Below the pieces are notes generated by a model. It was not told the DNA's origin, made no database searches, and saw nothing but the letters and a program-made list of their open reading frames with translations. Below are positions 12,961 to 24,372 of a stretch of 64,000 bases of DNA, piece by piece; the first letter of the stretch is position 1, and the number at the start of each line of letters is the position of its first letter. The DNA comes from Octopus vulgaris. Lineage: Eukaryota. The stretch lies in the NCBI GenBank assembly GCA_951406725.2, contig OX597814.1, positions 217,744,001-217,808,000 of the forward strand, in the 5' to 3' direction. Made by a program: the position numbers and the translations under genes.

Positions 12961-13745
12961 TGTATGTATTTAAATAAGTGAGGGAGTGTGGCCTAATAAG
13001 TGAGGGGTTGTTGCAATCACGTGACTGGTTTACTTCCCAGACCAAGCTGTGTATTGCGTCCTTTATCTCACTTTATCTGCTGTCATTTTTGACATTCCAC
13101 ATGTGGCATACCATGCCCATGTTGGTGTGATAGAGGGAGGGAGTTTATGTATGGCACAAACACTCGGTCCTTCTAAAGAAATCATCTGTGCAGGTTGTTC
13201 AGCAAGAAATTCCAAAACTGTTTTTCTCAGACTGAGAGACCACCACTAATATAGATTTCAAATTTTAGCACAAGGCCAGCAATTTTGGGGTGGGGGTAAG
13301 TCGATGACATCAACCCCAGTGTTCAACTGGTGCTTACTGTATCAACCCTGAAAGGATGAAGGGTAAAGTCGATCTCAATGGAATTTGAACTCAGAATGTA
13401 AAGATGAACAAAATACCGTTATGCATTTTGCCCAGTGTGCTAACTATTCTGCCAGCTCACCACTTTAAACTGCCATTAATATTATATGTAGTTCCATGTA
13501 CAGCAATGCTTTTGGTTAATGTTGGCCTCTAAGATATTCCAGTAATCAAAGAATTTCATAGGCTCACGTTAGCTCTTTATCAATAGTTGCAGAGAGAAAG
13601 AGATAGAGATAGATAGATAGAAAGAGAGAGAGAGAGAGAGAGATTTCTTTTTGCCCGCCATCTCCAGGACATAACATCACCAAATTGTATTTGGCATTGT
13701 CATCAATGTCTTGTTTGATTTTATTTACTTTCTATTGTTGTGCAG

Positions 13746-14008
13746 TGCAAGAAGGCTCTGAAGAACATTTTACAGAAATGTGTCTACCTACCTGCTCTTG
13801 AACCACTCCTGATTGATGCTCCACCAAATATCCTTAAATATGTCATTGGACAGTTCAGCAAAGTGCTTCCTAATGACACTAAAGCCAGACGTTTGTTTGT
13901 CACGAGTGGTGGGCTAAAGAAAGTCCAAGAAATTAAAGTTGAGCCAGGAACTGCACTTGCTGAATATGTGAACACCATCAATAACTGTTATCCTGAAGAA
14001 GTTATCAA
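13746..14008 (+). CDS. SPAG6: SPAG6 coding exon (CKKALKNILQKCVYLPALEP...NCYPEEVI)
   Basis: gcAG ending at 13745, GTATGT at 14009; 263 nt, phase 0 to 2. Confidence 0.95.
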
Positions 14009-14192
14009 GTATGTACCGATTCCATAAAAAGTCAATTTTATTTCAGTCTAAATTTTTCCAGATTCTATTCTGTAGAAACCATGTTGGAGTCAGGATAGCT
14101 CTCTGCTAGCCAACTCCATGTCAAACCATGCAACCCATGCTAGCATGGAGAGCAGATTTTAAATGATGATGATGATAATATTCCAATTTACT

Positions 14193-14754
14193 TTAACCCT
14201 TTTGTCACCATATTTCTGATGAAATTACACTGCAATTGTTTCGATTCCTTTGGAAAATAATGAAGAATTTAGTAAAATAACTTTGTTATTACTAAGTTTG
14301 GATCATAAATTAGCAAGGAATTTTGATGAAAAGTTTTAATTTAAATCACTTTAAAATGGGTAATTTGTATCATAGAACTCGGGGCAGTTTCAGGTGGGTT
14401 GGTATCAAAATGGTTATTTTCTGAAAAGTTTCGAATCCAGTCTTTGTTCTGATTTACATTTATGAGTCAGTATAATGGATACAGTGAAGTATTGGTGTGG
14501 ATAATGGCGATTAAGTCCTGTTACTTTCAACCTTTTGTTATCATGTTTCAATTGATATACACTGCCTTTGTTTCAGTTAATTTTGAAAATATTGAAGAAT
14601 TTAGTAGAATTGCTAAGTCGTTATTAAGATGAATTTTGGAATATAAATTAACATGAAGTTTTGGTGAAAGGTTTCTACTTAGATCTCTTTAAAACATAAA
14701 TTTGTATCAAAGAGCAAAGGGTGATCTCAGGCAGGTGGGTATCAAAAAGGTTAA
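14193..14754. mobile_element. Two adjacent piggyBac-like MITE copies (14193..14416 and 14527..14754)
   Basis: Ends resemble TTAACCCTTTTG...CAAAAxGGTTAA and the internal bodies are shared; another copy lies at about 37361..37562. Confidence 0.65.
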
Positions 14755-15522
14755 ATCAGTTGTCAGAACCTCTGAAACTCTGGTTTTCCTCTCATGATTC
14801 AAGAGAAGAATATATTGGAATGATTTTGCAATAACTTCTCCAAGCCTAAAGGAAAACCTGAATTTGATATTTCAATCTCTTGAAACACTTGTGAATTGTG
14901 GGGTGCCATCATTATGTGTGCAGCTGACAAACAGGCTTATGTAGTGAAGAACCCAGGTAGGCCAATTGGCATGGATCTACAATTTTGAGAGAACCTTCTG
15001 CTGGTTTCAAGCAAAGGGAATATCCTTGAGTAAAGAGTTAGCTTTTGCTTTTTTTATATATAATTTTAGTTCTTTTATCCTTCTGTGTTTCTTGTAAATA
15101 TTTCATGTACACTTTATGTACATTTATATACCTGTTACTCATACATAAATTCTGTGTACTTGGCACTAGTTACAACCGCACTCAGTTGATGGGTCTTTTC
15201 CTTTGACGTGATAGCTTCATTAGTTTTGAAGTAATGAAAGGTAGATTTAGTACACTCTGTAAAGTGGTTGGCATTAAGAAGAGCATCTAGCTATAGAAAC
15301 CAAAGCCAAAACAGATATTGGAGCTCAGTGTAGTCCTCCGGCTCATTGGAACCATCCGACTCATGCCAGCATGGAAGATAGATATTAAATGATTATAATG
15401 GTGACGATGATGATTGTTATTTCCTCACTGCATAATTATATATCTCTAGTTAACTTTTTAGCACTAACTTAATCAAAGTCTGTTAAAAGTCAAGTGTTAC
15501 AGCCATGGATACAAAACAGTGA

Positions 15523-15913
15523 TGGAAGCACTCCGTCGGTTACGACGACGAGGGTTCCGGTTGATCCGAATCAACGGAACAGCCTGCTCGTGAAATTAAT
15601 GTGTAAGTGGCTGAGCACTCCACAGACACGTGCACCCTTAACGTAGTTCTCGGGGATATTCAGCGTGACACAGAGAGTGACAAGGCCGGCCCTTTGAAAT
15701 ACAGGTACAACAGAAACAGGAAGTAAGAGTGGAGTGAGAGAAAGTTGTGGTGAAAGAGTACAGCAGGGATCACCACCATCCCCTGCCGGAGCCTCGTGGA
15801 GCTTTTAGGTGTTTTCGCTCAATAAACACTCACAACGCCCGGTCTGGGAATCGAAACCGCGATCCTACGACCGCGAGTCCGCTGCCCTAACCACTGGGCC
15901 ATTGCGCCTCCAC
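15523..15913 (-). mobile_element. Young tRNA-derived SINE (family A)
   Basis: Near-identical to the 2451 copy; TSD TACAAAACAGTGA. Confidence 0.9.
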
Positions 15914-16116
15914 TACAAAACAGTGAGTGTGACAAGATATGAAATGCTATCTTCTTGGCACGGTTGTCCAGGGCTCTGTCAGTTTGGACATCCAGGTCCT
16001 TACTAATAACTGCCCAGAATCAATTATTCAGTTGAACAATAATTGCCCTTATGTTTATATATAGAGAGATATCAATATTTCTGGATCTTCACAACTGCAT
16101 CTTATTCTTCTTTCAG

Positions 16117-16186
16117 GTATTATTCTCCTGGTTATTCAGAAACACTTCTTGAGAAAGTTGAGAATTTCCAGATCACTGCCAACTGA
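16117..16186 (+). CDS. SPAG6: SPAG6 terminal coding exon (K-YYSPGYSETLLEKVENFQITAN*)
   Basis: tttcAG ending at 16116, phase-2 entry, TGA at 16184-16186. YYSPGYS is the conserved SPAG6 C-terminal motif. Confidence 0.95.
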
Positions 16187-16285
16187 TTTCCATCCTGCAA
16201 GTCTCTGGATTTAACCTTTGCAAATGTTTTATCATTTGAATCAATCAATGGCCATTTGTGTGTTATAATAAGATATATATTGTGG

Positions 16286-16291
16286 AATAAA
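16286..16291 (+). promoter_or_regulatory. Candidate SPAG6 polyadenylation signal AATAAA
   Basis: Canonical hexamer 100 nt after the stop codon. Confidence 0.5.
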
Positions 16292-16385
16292 ATATTTTAA
16301 CTGAAGGAAATGAATTTGTTTCGCAACCTCTTTATTGTCAACATCATCTTCTCTTTCTGAAAACTTAGGTGAACACAACTCTTGA

Positions 16386-16389
<4 letters not shown>

Positions 16390-16468
<79 letters not shown>

Positions 16469-16760
16469 TCATGTACAGTGCTCAGGTGCACTACAACTCA
16501 TCTAAAGTGTATATATAATCAGGTGTAGTTTTGGCGGATTTCGGAAAGCATGAGGGCCTTAAAGGATGCAGTGTCATGGCAGTCAACAACTGACACAGGC
16601 AGTTTATTCCATGCTTCAGCAACTCTGAGTGTGAAAAAATGTTTCCGAAAGTCATGGGAGCTGTGTTGTTTTCTGACTTTGTAGGCATGTCCACGTGTGT
16701 TAGACACATGGAGATCAAAAAGGTGTTCAGTGTTGTTAAGCATCTTGTCCTTGTATACAA
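16390..16760 (-). mobile_element. CR1-like LINE 3' end with (TTA)n tail
   Basis: NTRGHAYKVRKQ...FFTLRVAEAWNKLP; near-identical peptide at 33083..33475. Confidence 0.8.
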
Positions 16761-18029
16761 TGTTGTGGTGACTCTTTGGGATAGTTGTCTGATCTACTGT
16801 CAGCTTGTAAACAATATCAACAATAGATTCAACATAATGTAAGCAATGTAAATAATATAAAACAAATGAAACTAGTTAAAACCTAGTCACAGACATGGAT
16901 CAGTTTTTTGACATTTACAAACATTGAAATATTGTCAGAATGAAAAAAGAAATAAAAAGGTTAAAAAAAAAAGCAAAGAAAGTATTGACAACAGACGAAA
17001 TGGTTTTGTCTCTTATAAAAAAAGATTTATTCATATACAATATTTAGTAATTTACAGAATTTCATTGCAGCAAGAACAATTTTCTTTGGAAAATACTGAT
17101 GGTGTGCACACACATGTGCATGCACATACACACACACACACACACATAGTGATGGAGATTGGGATATACAATGTCCATATTTGGGTCCTCCTCACATTTA
17201 TCTTCATACTAACTCTCCTAATACTGCTTTCACCTCTCTTCATTTTTCTCTCATAATTTGTCCTCTCCTCTGTCAATACCCCCCACCCACCCACCCACCC
17301 ACATACACACATTTTCACCCTAACTCTCTTCCCGATCCATTACATTGGATCTGCTGTATTCAATACCCCTACATTACAATCACTCCTTTATTGCAAACCT
17401 CTTTCCCTCATCACTCATTACTCACATCCATCACTCCCACTCTTTTGCCAGCGCTCACCTCATCATTGTCTCTCTCCCATTACTCCCTTCTCTCTTGTCC
17501 ATTGTTGTCATCTGCCACTCTTCCACTGCCTCTCTCTCTCTCTCTGCCACTCTGTCTCTTTTCCTCAGTAATCTTTCCTATCACCTTCCCTCCAATTATT
17601 CCTTCTCCTATCATCTCACTCTCCTTCTATCATTCTCTTTCCTTCCATCATGTTACTCATACTCTTTCTATCCAATCTCCTTACCAACAATTCTTACGTA
17701 GCTGTCGTTCATTCACTCATTCTCTTTCTCTCTCTCTCCATGTGTGTGTGTGTGTGTATAAGTATACATATATGTATATGCATATGTATATGCATATGTA
17801 TGTAGGTAAATGGATATGAATGTAAACAGATAGACTTACAGACGGATAGATACATAGGTAATATGAACAGACAAGCACACATACACACATACATATGCAA
17901 ATGAAGACTGAAACACAATGACCATATAAACACACACTTCACTTCACACAAGGACACATATGGAGACACATATCCATACATATACACATATGCACACACA
18001 CATGCATACACATACATGTCCTTACTCGA

Positions 18030-18035
<6 letters not shown>

Positions 18036-18061
<26 letters not shown>

Positions 18062-18171
18062 AATACATATATATATATATAAATACACACACACACATAT
18101 ATATACATACATACACACACACACAAATATATATAATATATATATACACATATACATAATATATATATATA

Positions 18172-18226
<55 letters not shown>

Positions 18227-18246
18227 ACACACACACACACATATAC

Positions 18247-18309
<63 letters not shown>

Positions 18310-18400
18310 GTGTGTGTATATATATATACATACATACACACACATACACAAATATATATAATATATATATATACATATATAATATATATGTATTTATATG

Positions 18401-18498
<98 letters not shown>

Positions 18499-18525
18499 AT
18501 ATATGTATATATATATATATGTATG

Positions 18526-18555
<30 letters not shown>
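18036..18555. repeat. (AT)n/(AC)n compound microsatellite
   Basis: Directly visible. Confidence 0.95.
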
Positions 18556-18556
<1 letters not shown>

Positions 18557-18558
<2 letters not shown>

Positions 18559-18854
18559 GGAGGCGCAATGGCCTAGTGGTTGGGGCAGCGGACTTGCGGT
18601 CGTAGGATTGCGGTTTCGATTCCCAGACCGGGCGTTGTGTGTGTTTATTGAGCGAAAACACCTAAAAGCTCCACGAGGCTCTGGCAGGAGGTGGTGATCC
18701 CTGCTGTACTCCTTCACCACTCTTTTTCTTCAGTTGGCCTACTCGCTTAGCCAGCGGGGTGGCGTCATTCGAAGGCTAAAACAATGCGAACGCATTGTGA
18801 CCAGCGATGTGTAACAACATCTGATGGTCTGGTCAGTCACGTGATCACGTGATA
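18557..18854 (+). mobile_element. tRNA-derived SINE with family-A head and a different 3' tail
   Basis: Matches family A to about 18720, then switches to the tail found at 31203..31270 and 32466..32530. Confidence 0.8.
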
Positions 18855-18882
18855 TGCATATATATATATTTATATATATATA

Positions 18883-19755
18883 GGACAACAACATGCAGTT
18901 TAATGCAGGTAAGTTCCAGGCCCTTTGCTACCGGCACACAAAGGTAAACGACATGCAGACTGGATACACTGGCCTGGGAAGAATTGCAATCCCTGAGTCA
19001 AAATCAGTGTGTGACCTGGGCATTGACATGAGCAATGATGCATCTTTCCAAGTGCATATTACTAATCTGGATGGATTCTCCGAACTTTCAGAACAAGAGA
19101 GAAGGAAACACTGATGGTCCTGTGGAAAACTTTCATCCTCAGCCGCTTGGACTACTGCTCCCAACTATGGTCACCACACAATATAAAACTAACAGCAGAA
19201 CTTGAAGCAATTCAAAGAAACTACACAAAGAAGATCGTCTCAATGCAAAATATCAGCTACTGGGAAAGACTGAAAGTATTAAACCTCTTCTCCCTAGAGC
19301 GGAGGCGGGAGAGATATGCGGTGATATACATCTGGAAGATCCTGGAGGGTCTTGTCCCAAACTTTGGCATTCAAAGTTACCCCAACCGCAGAACAGGGCG
19401 CCACTGCATGGTGCCAAAGATTCCAACATCACCATCAAAATACAGATCCAGATAATGCAACAGCTTGGGTTTCAGAGCACCACAGCTCTTTAACATCCTC
19501 CCTAAATGCCTGAGAGACTTACATGGTGTGGATGTGGGTTTCTTTAAAACTAAACTGGATCTCTTCTTGTCGGGGGTCCCAGATGAACCTACCTCACGAC
19601 AGGAGACACAGATGTGGGCAGCGGCATCGAACTCCCTTGTTGACCAAGTGCCATGTATCAGAGGTGGATTCACATATTAGTGTAGCTCATTCAGCGGTGG
19701 TGCCCCTGCATGGCCGTGGCCTTCAGGCTAAAACATTTTTAAGGATTTTTTTAAG
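18883..19755 (+). mobile_element. 3' fragment of CR1/L2-group LINE
   Basis: MQFNAGKF, DLGI, SRLDYCSQLWSP, LEAIQR, YWERLK..LFSLERRRERY, LFNILP. Confidence 0.85.
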
Positions 19756-19828
19756 GATATATATTATGTATGTATATATATGTGTGTGTGTATATTTATA
19801 TATATAGACACACACATACATATATATA

Positions 19829-20730
19829 CAGGGTGCAGTGAATATATTGTCATCTAAATTACACGAAAATGAAAATAACACTGACATCTCATTTTAACAG
19901 ACATATTTACCAAAATTACATAAAAATATCTTGAAATACTAAAAAGTAAATTTATTCAATAAAATCGCCATTAGCTTCATCCACGGCCTCCAGATGACTT
20001 CGGAATCTCCTGCAACTCTTCTGGATGGTCTCCTTGTTTAAGTTAGTGAATGCTGCCATAATCTTTGCTTTCAGTGCATGTTTGGTGTAAAAAGGAGTAT
20101 TGTTGGTCTCTCACTCAACTGTGCCCCACACATAATAATCAAGGGGGTTGCAGTCTGGGGAGTTAGGTGGCCAGATGCTAGGGGTGATGTGATCACAGAA
20201 ATTGTCAGAGAGCCATGACTGGGTTCTCCTACTTGTGTGGCATGCTGCAGAGTCCTGTTTCCAGACATAGGATCTTCCAGCAGCCATCCTCTTGTCCCAG
20301 GGCAGCACTACTTTCTCTTGGCACTTGATGTAAGCCTCCGTGTTGAGTCTGAGGCTGTGTGGGACAATGAATGGAGGCATAACATCACCATCACTAGTGA
20401 TCACTCCAAACACCATAATGTTGACCAGATGTTTGCATTTTATCACTCTCGGTACATGTTTTGGGGACACAACAAGCCAACGGTTGTTCTGTATGTTCAC
20501 CATCAGTTTGTAGGTTTGTATTGGAGCTTCTGGTGCAAATGTGAAGCAGTACAGCATGTCATTTCCAAATGTTTGGCAGAGTGACTTGCATCATGGTACT
20601 GGTTTTTCTAACAGATGGTGCCCAACTGACCCTACAATACTGTGTACTTGACAGAATCAAATCAAACAATGCAGAGTTAAAACAAACATGCACGAAATCA
20701 AAAATATAAAATGGAAACAGTTGCACCTTG
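19829..20730 (-). mobile_element. Internally deleted Tc1/mariner-superfamily transposon, DD37D (maT) type
   Basis: QDSAACH...WPPNSPDCNPLDYYVWG with 37 residues between the last two catalytic Asp; CAGGGTGCA / TGCACCTTG termini. Confidence 0.85.
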
Positions 20731-21521
20731 ATTATACATGTACACACACACACACACACACACATGGTAAATGGGTTTGATCACACACTATTCATGTGTT
20801 CAATCTCACACACTGCAAAGTATTTTGGATAAATAAATTTACTCTCTTGTCACATACTGATTTTGTTATACTGATTCTGCATGAGAATTGCATGAATGAT
20901 ATGTCTGTAGAATTCAGGAGCAGGTAATTCAGATGATCCTAGCCATTGTTTTTCACCCCAATCACACTTTGGCTCTGAGGTATGATATTGATCACTTTAT
21001 TTTCACTCATGAAGACAACAGCCAAAAGAACATGATAAACTAAGTGTAAATCTCATTCTTTAATAAATATCTATGCAGGTGATTATTGGCTGTGGCCGAG
21101 AACCAAAAGAAATAAGCTCGAATGGAGAAAAGTATTTCCATAAATATTTGAATTAATGAATGAAAAAGAAAATACATAATGCAAAAAAAAAAAAAGACAA
21201 GGAAAAATAAGAGAGAGAAACACACAGACAGACAAGAACAGAGTAAAAGAAGAAATAAACTGCATCAAAGAACTGGTTGTTTTTCCCCCAAAATTCCCGA
21301 AACAAAATATCTATTGGATTGGTTGAAAATATAAAAAATAATTATCTCAGAATCTTTTCAGTTTCTCAAAGTTTCTATAAAATATTGATCTTTATAAAGC
21401 GGCAGTTCTTCAAAAGGCTTTCAAATATTAATGAAGGAATAAAAATCCTTAAATGTCAAACTTGCTTGCTGAAGGAGCTTGACATTGAAGGAATTTAACA
21501 TTGAAGGAGTTTTCTTATCTG

Positions 21522-21564
21522 TTAGTTATCATCACCTTCAGGTTCTTCAATAAGTGTATATAAC
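21522..21564 (-). CDS. Candidate terminal exon (R-LYTLIEEPEGDDN*) of the minus-strand gene
   Basis: Branch-point CTAAC followed by ttttcctttgctgcAG acceptor. Phase-2 entry matches the microexon; TAA at 21522-21524 is followed by AT-rich UTR-like sequence. Confidence 0.5.
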
Positions 21565-21787
21565 CTGCAGCAAAGGAAAACATTGTTAGGCATTGATCAT
21601 CATAAAAAGAAAAATATTTAAAAATTATTTATTAAATAGAGAGGTACTTGATATATAAAGAGGTACTCAAATAGACTAACTTTACCATTTTGTTATCAAA
21701 TTTTTGTTGAAATAAATACACTGCCTTTATTTCAGTTAATTTTGGAGATGATGAAGAACTGAGTAAAATTACTTTTGTCGTTATTAA

Positions 21788-22007
21788 CCCTTTTGATACC
21801 AACCCGGCTGAAACCGGCTTTGGCTCTGAGTACAAATGTCTCGTTTTCATAAGTTTTGAATTAAAATCTTCCAATAAATCTTAGTCACAATCTATGTTCC
21901 TAACACTAATTGAATGATAACTAAGTTATTTTACTAAATTCTTTGTTATATTTAAAGTAATTGAAAGAAACATGAAGCATCTCAAAATAAATACAGTAAC
22001 GAAAGGG
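21788..22007. mobile_element. piggyBac-like MITE nested in an older related MITE (about 21680..22138)
   Basis: TTAA|CCCTTT...AAAGGG|TTAA; the flanks rejoin to the MITE body also seen at 14193..14416 and 14527..14754. Confidence 0.8.
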
Positions 22008-22290
22008 TTAAATTGGTGCTTGGAACATAAATTAACATGGAATTTTAATGGTAGATTTAAGTTTAGATTTCTTTTAAACAGGAAGTTTGTATCATCCAAC
22101 CAAGACTGGCTTCAGGCAGTTTGGTAGCAAATGGGTTAATGGATGCGTCTAGCAAGTAAACATGAAAAGATTTGAGATTAAATTCTTTTAGAAAGTTAGA
22201 AGAAAGAATGATATGATGGAAAAACCGAAAAAGGTATAGGAGGAAAAAACTGAATAAAGAGTCAAGTTAGTTATTTTGCCTAATAACAAA

Positions 22291-22488
22291 CATGAGTACA
22301 TGGACTCTCATGAGTAGATGGACTCTCATGAGTAGATAGACTCTCATGAGTAGATGGACTCTCATGAGTAGATGGACTCTCATGAGTACATTGACTCTCA
22401 TGAGTAGATGGACTCTCATGAGTAGATGGACTCTCATGAGTACATTGACTCTCATGAGTAGATGGACTCTCATGAGTACATGGACTCT
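22291..22488. repeat. Minisatellite, 11 x 18-bp unit CATGAGTAGATGGACTCT
   Basis: Direct tandem units visible, varying at two positions. Confidence 0.95.
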
Positions 22489-23153
22489 CGTGTCCATCCT
22501 GATGTATGAGCATCTTGTGGTTTGTTCAAATGGATAATCTACTCATTCAATTAGTGTGCCATGTGGCTAAAAATCTCACAGGTATGTGTACCTTTAATAA
22601 GAAGCATCTTAGTAGCACTCTAGGCCTCCAGGTAAATCAAGAAAATCAATGCATTGGGGTCCTATAGTGCTTATTTATTGGTGCAAGTTGCAGCATTTGT
22701 CGATTAGAATTGAGCTCCTAGATTCATGTGACCCCCACACAACTGTCAAGTGTGCCAATAGCTTAATATAATCCTCCGGCAGAATCAGTGTGGTCCAAGT
22801 GTGGCAAGGCTGGACCTTTGACTTATAGGCAGAGTCCATCTGATATGTTTCTATTCAGTTTCTCTCTACCTATATTCACGCACAAGACTTGAGTTGACCT
22901 AAATTTACAGTAAAAATGCCCCTATCTAAGATGCTATGTAATGCTATGTAATCTGGGAGCTCACTTAGCTGTGTCTATATCTATAAACATGATCTCATAT
23001 AATCCAATAAATAATGTGAATCCATAATTATTTGTGCTCAAACAAATGCACAACTGTTTATTCACAGCCCTAGATACAGATGCAACAGAGATCAGTGAAT
23101 TGGTGGTGATGAAAGTGTTTTGAAACAAATAAAAACTCTAACAAAATGATAGA

Positions 23154-23525
23154 TCTCTCTCTATATAAACGGCAGTTTGTCTGTGTGTGTTTCTGTGTCT
23201 GTTAGGTTGTACCCTCACCCTGACCACGGCTTTCAACCGATTCTGATGAAACTTGACACACACATAGCCCAATGTCATAATTCAAAACTAACGCAGCGAA
23301 AATTTTGAAAAGTTCCCCCAGTTCTGAAAAAAATCGATAAATTCGACATGGGGTCGAGAATCAGAAACCCAAACCACAGACCGTCTAGGGGACGCAACTC
23401 CACCTTTTTTAACTATCAAAAAAAAAAATTTACCATTTTTTTGCTGTTTTTTGGCTATAACTCTCTAAAAATGCTTTATAGTTATTTCCCTTACAAACCA
23501 GAGCAACGCCGGGCGATACTGCTAG
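23154..23525 (+). mobile_element. Non-autonomous Helitron
   Basis: A|TC 5' end, subterminal GC-rich hairpin-like GAGCAACGCCGGG, CTAG|T 3' end, no TSD. Confidence 0.75.
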
Positions 23526-24084
23526 TAGATATATAATTAATAATGCATGTCTTTATTAGATATTCTACTTACAATTTCAGCTCAAAGGAATGTCTATAAA
23601 GAAAGCTGCTTATTAATAAGCTATGAGTATGCAATATTTACTGAAATAAAGTAATTATTAAAGTCTGCACTAACTAGAAAATTCTCAAAAATTCCACTTT
23701 TAATCTATTAAAATTCTTTTCTTAGTGAAAATTTTTAGTACACGACTCAGTTGGAAACCTAATTTTAGTTCACTGTGAGACAGTCACCGTTTTTTAACAT
23801 GTTACTACAATGCAGTCTCTCTCTCTCTCTCTCTTTACTACCTCCAGGTTGTTTTATGCTAGTATAAACAAAGAATTTAAGGAATATAACAAAAATGGAA
23901 CGACTAAAAAAGAATCTTTTTCTTTTTGCTTTTGCAGGTTTAAATTCATTTTTATTTATTTACTGAAACCATTAATTAATAAATATGAGGGTAGCAAAAA
24001 AATTCCAGAAAAAATTCTAGAAAAATTTTCCGCTACCAGCAGCCTAGTGAGAAAGAAAAGATAGTCAAAGACTATATAATATAC

Positions 24085-24372
24085 ATTCAACAATATTAAG
24101 GAATGGCCCTGATAGGCCATTCGACTCACTAGAAAGAGCAGCCAAACTCAAACCGCTAAATAGTTGTAATTCTGAAATTGGAAGAGAAATAAAAACATTT
24201 ACCCTTTTCATCTCTGGACTATGCATAGTTTCGACAAGTCCAGAGATGAAAAGGGTAAATGTTTTTATTTCTCTTCCAATTTCAGAATTACAACTATTTA
24301 GCGGTTTGAGTTTGGCTGCTCTTTCTAGTGAGTCGAATGGCCTATCAGGGCCATTCCTTAATATTGTTGAAT
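24085..24372. repeat. Perfect inverted repeat, 136-bp arms with 16-nt spacer
   Basis: 24085..24220 is the reverse complement of 24237..24372. Confidence 0.95.

Noticed and set aside
17181-17819. 212-aa Ser/Leu/Pro-rich ORF
   Set aside because: Pyrimidine-rich low-complexity DNA ending in microsatellite, with no splice or domain support.
22267-22537. Repetitive ORFs (THESPS / MSRWTL) and CRISPR-like appearance
   Set aside because: Simple 18-bp tandem repeat without unique spacers or cas genes; the frames are open only because the unit length is a multiple of three.
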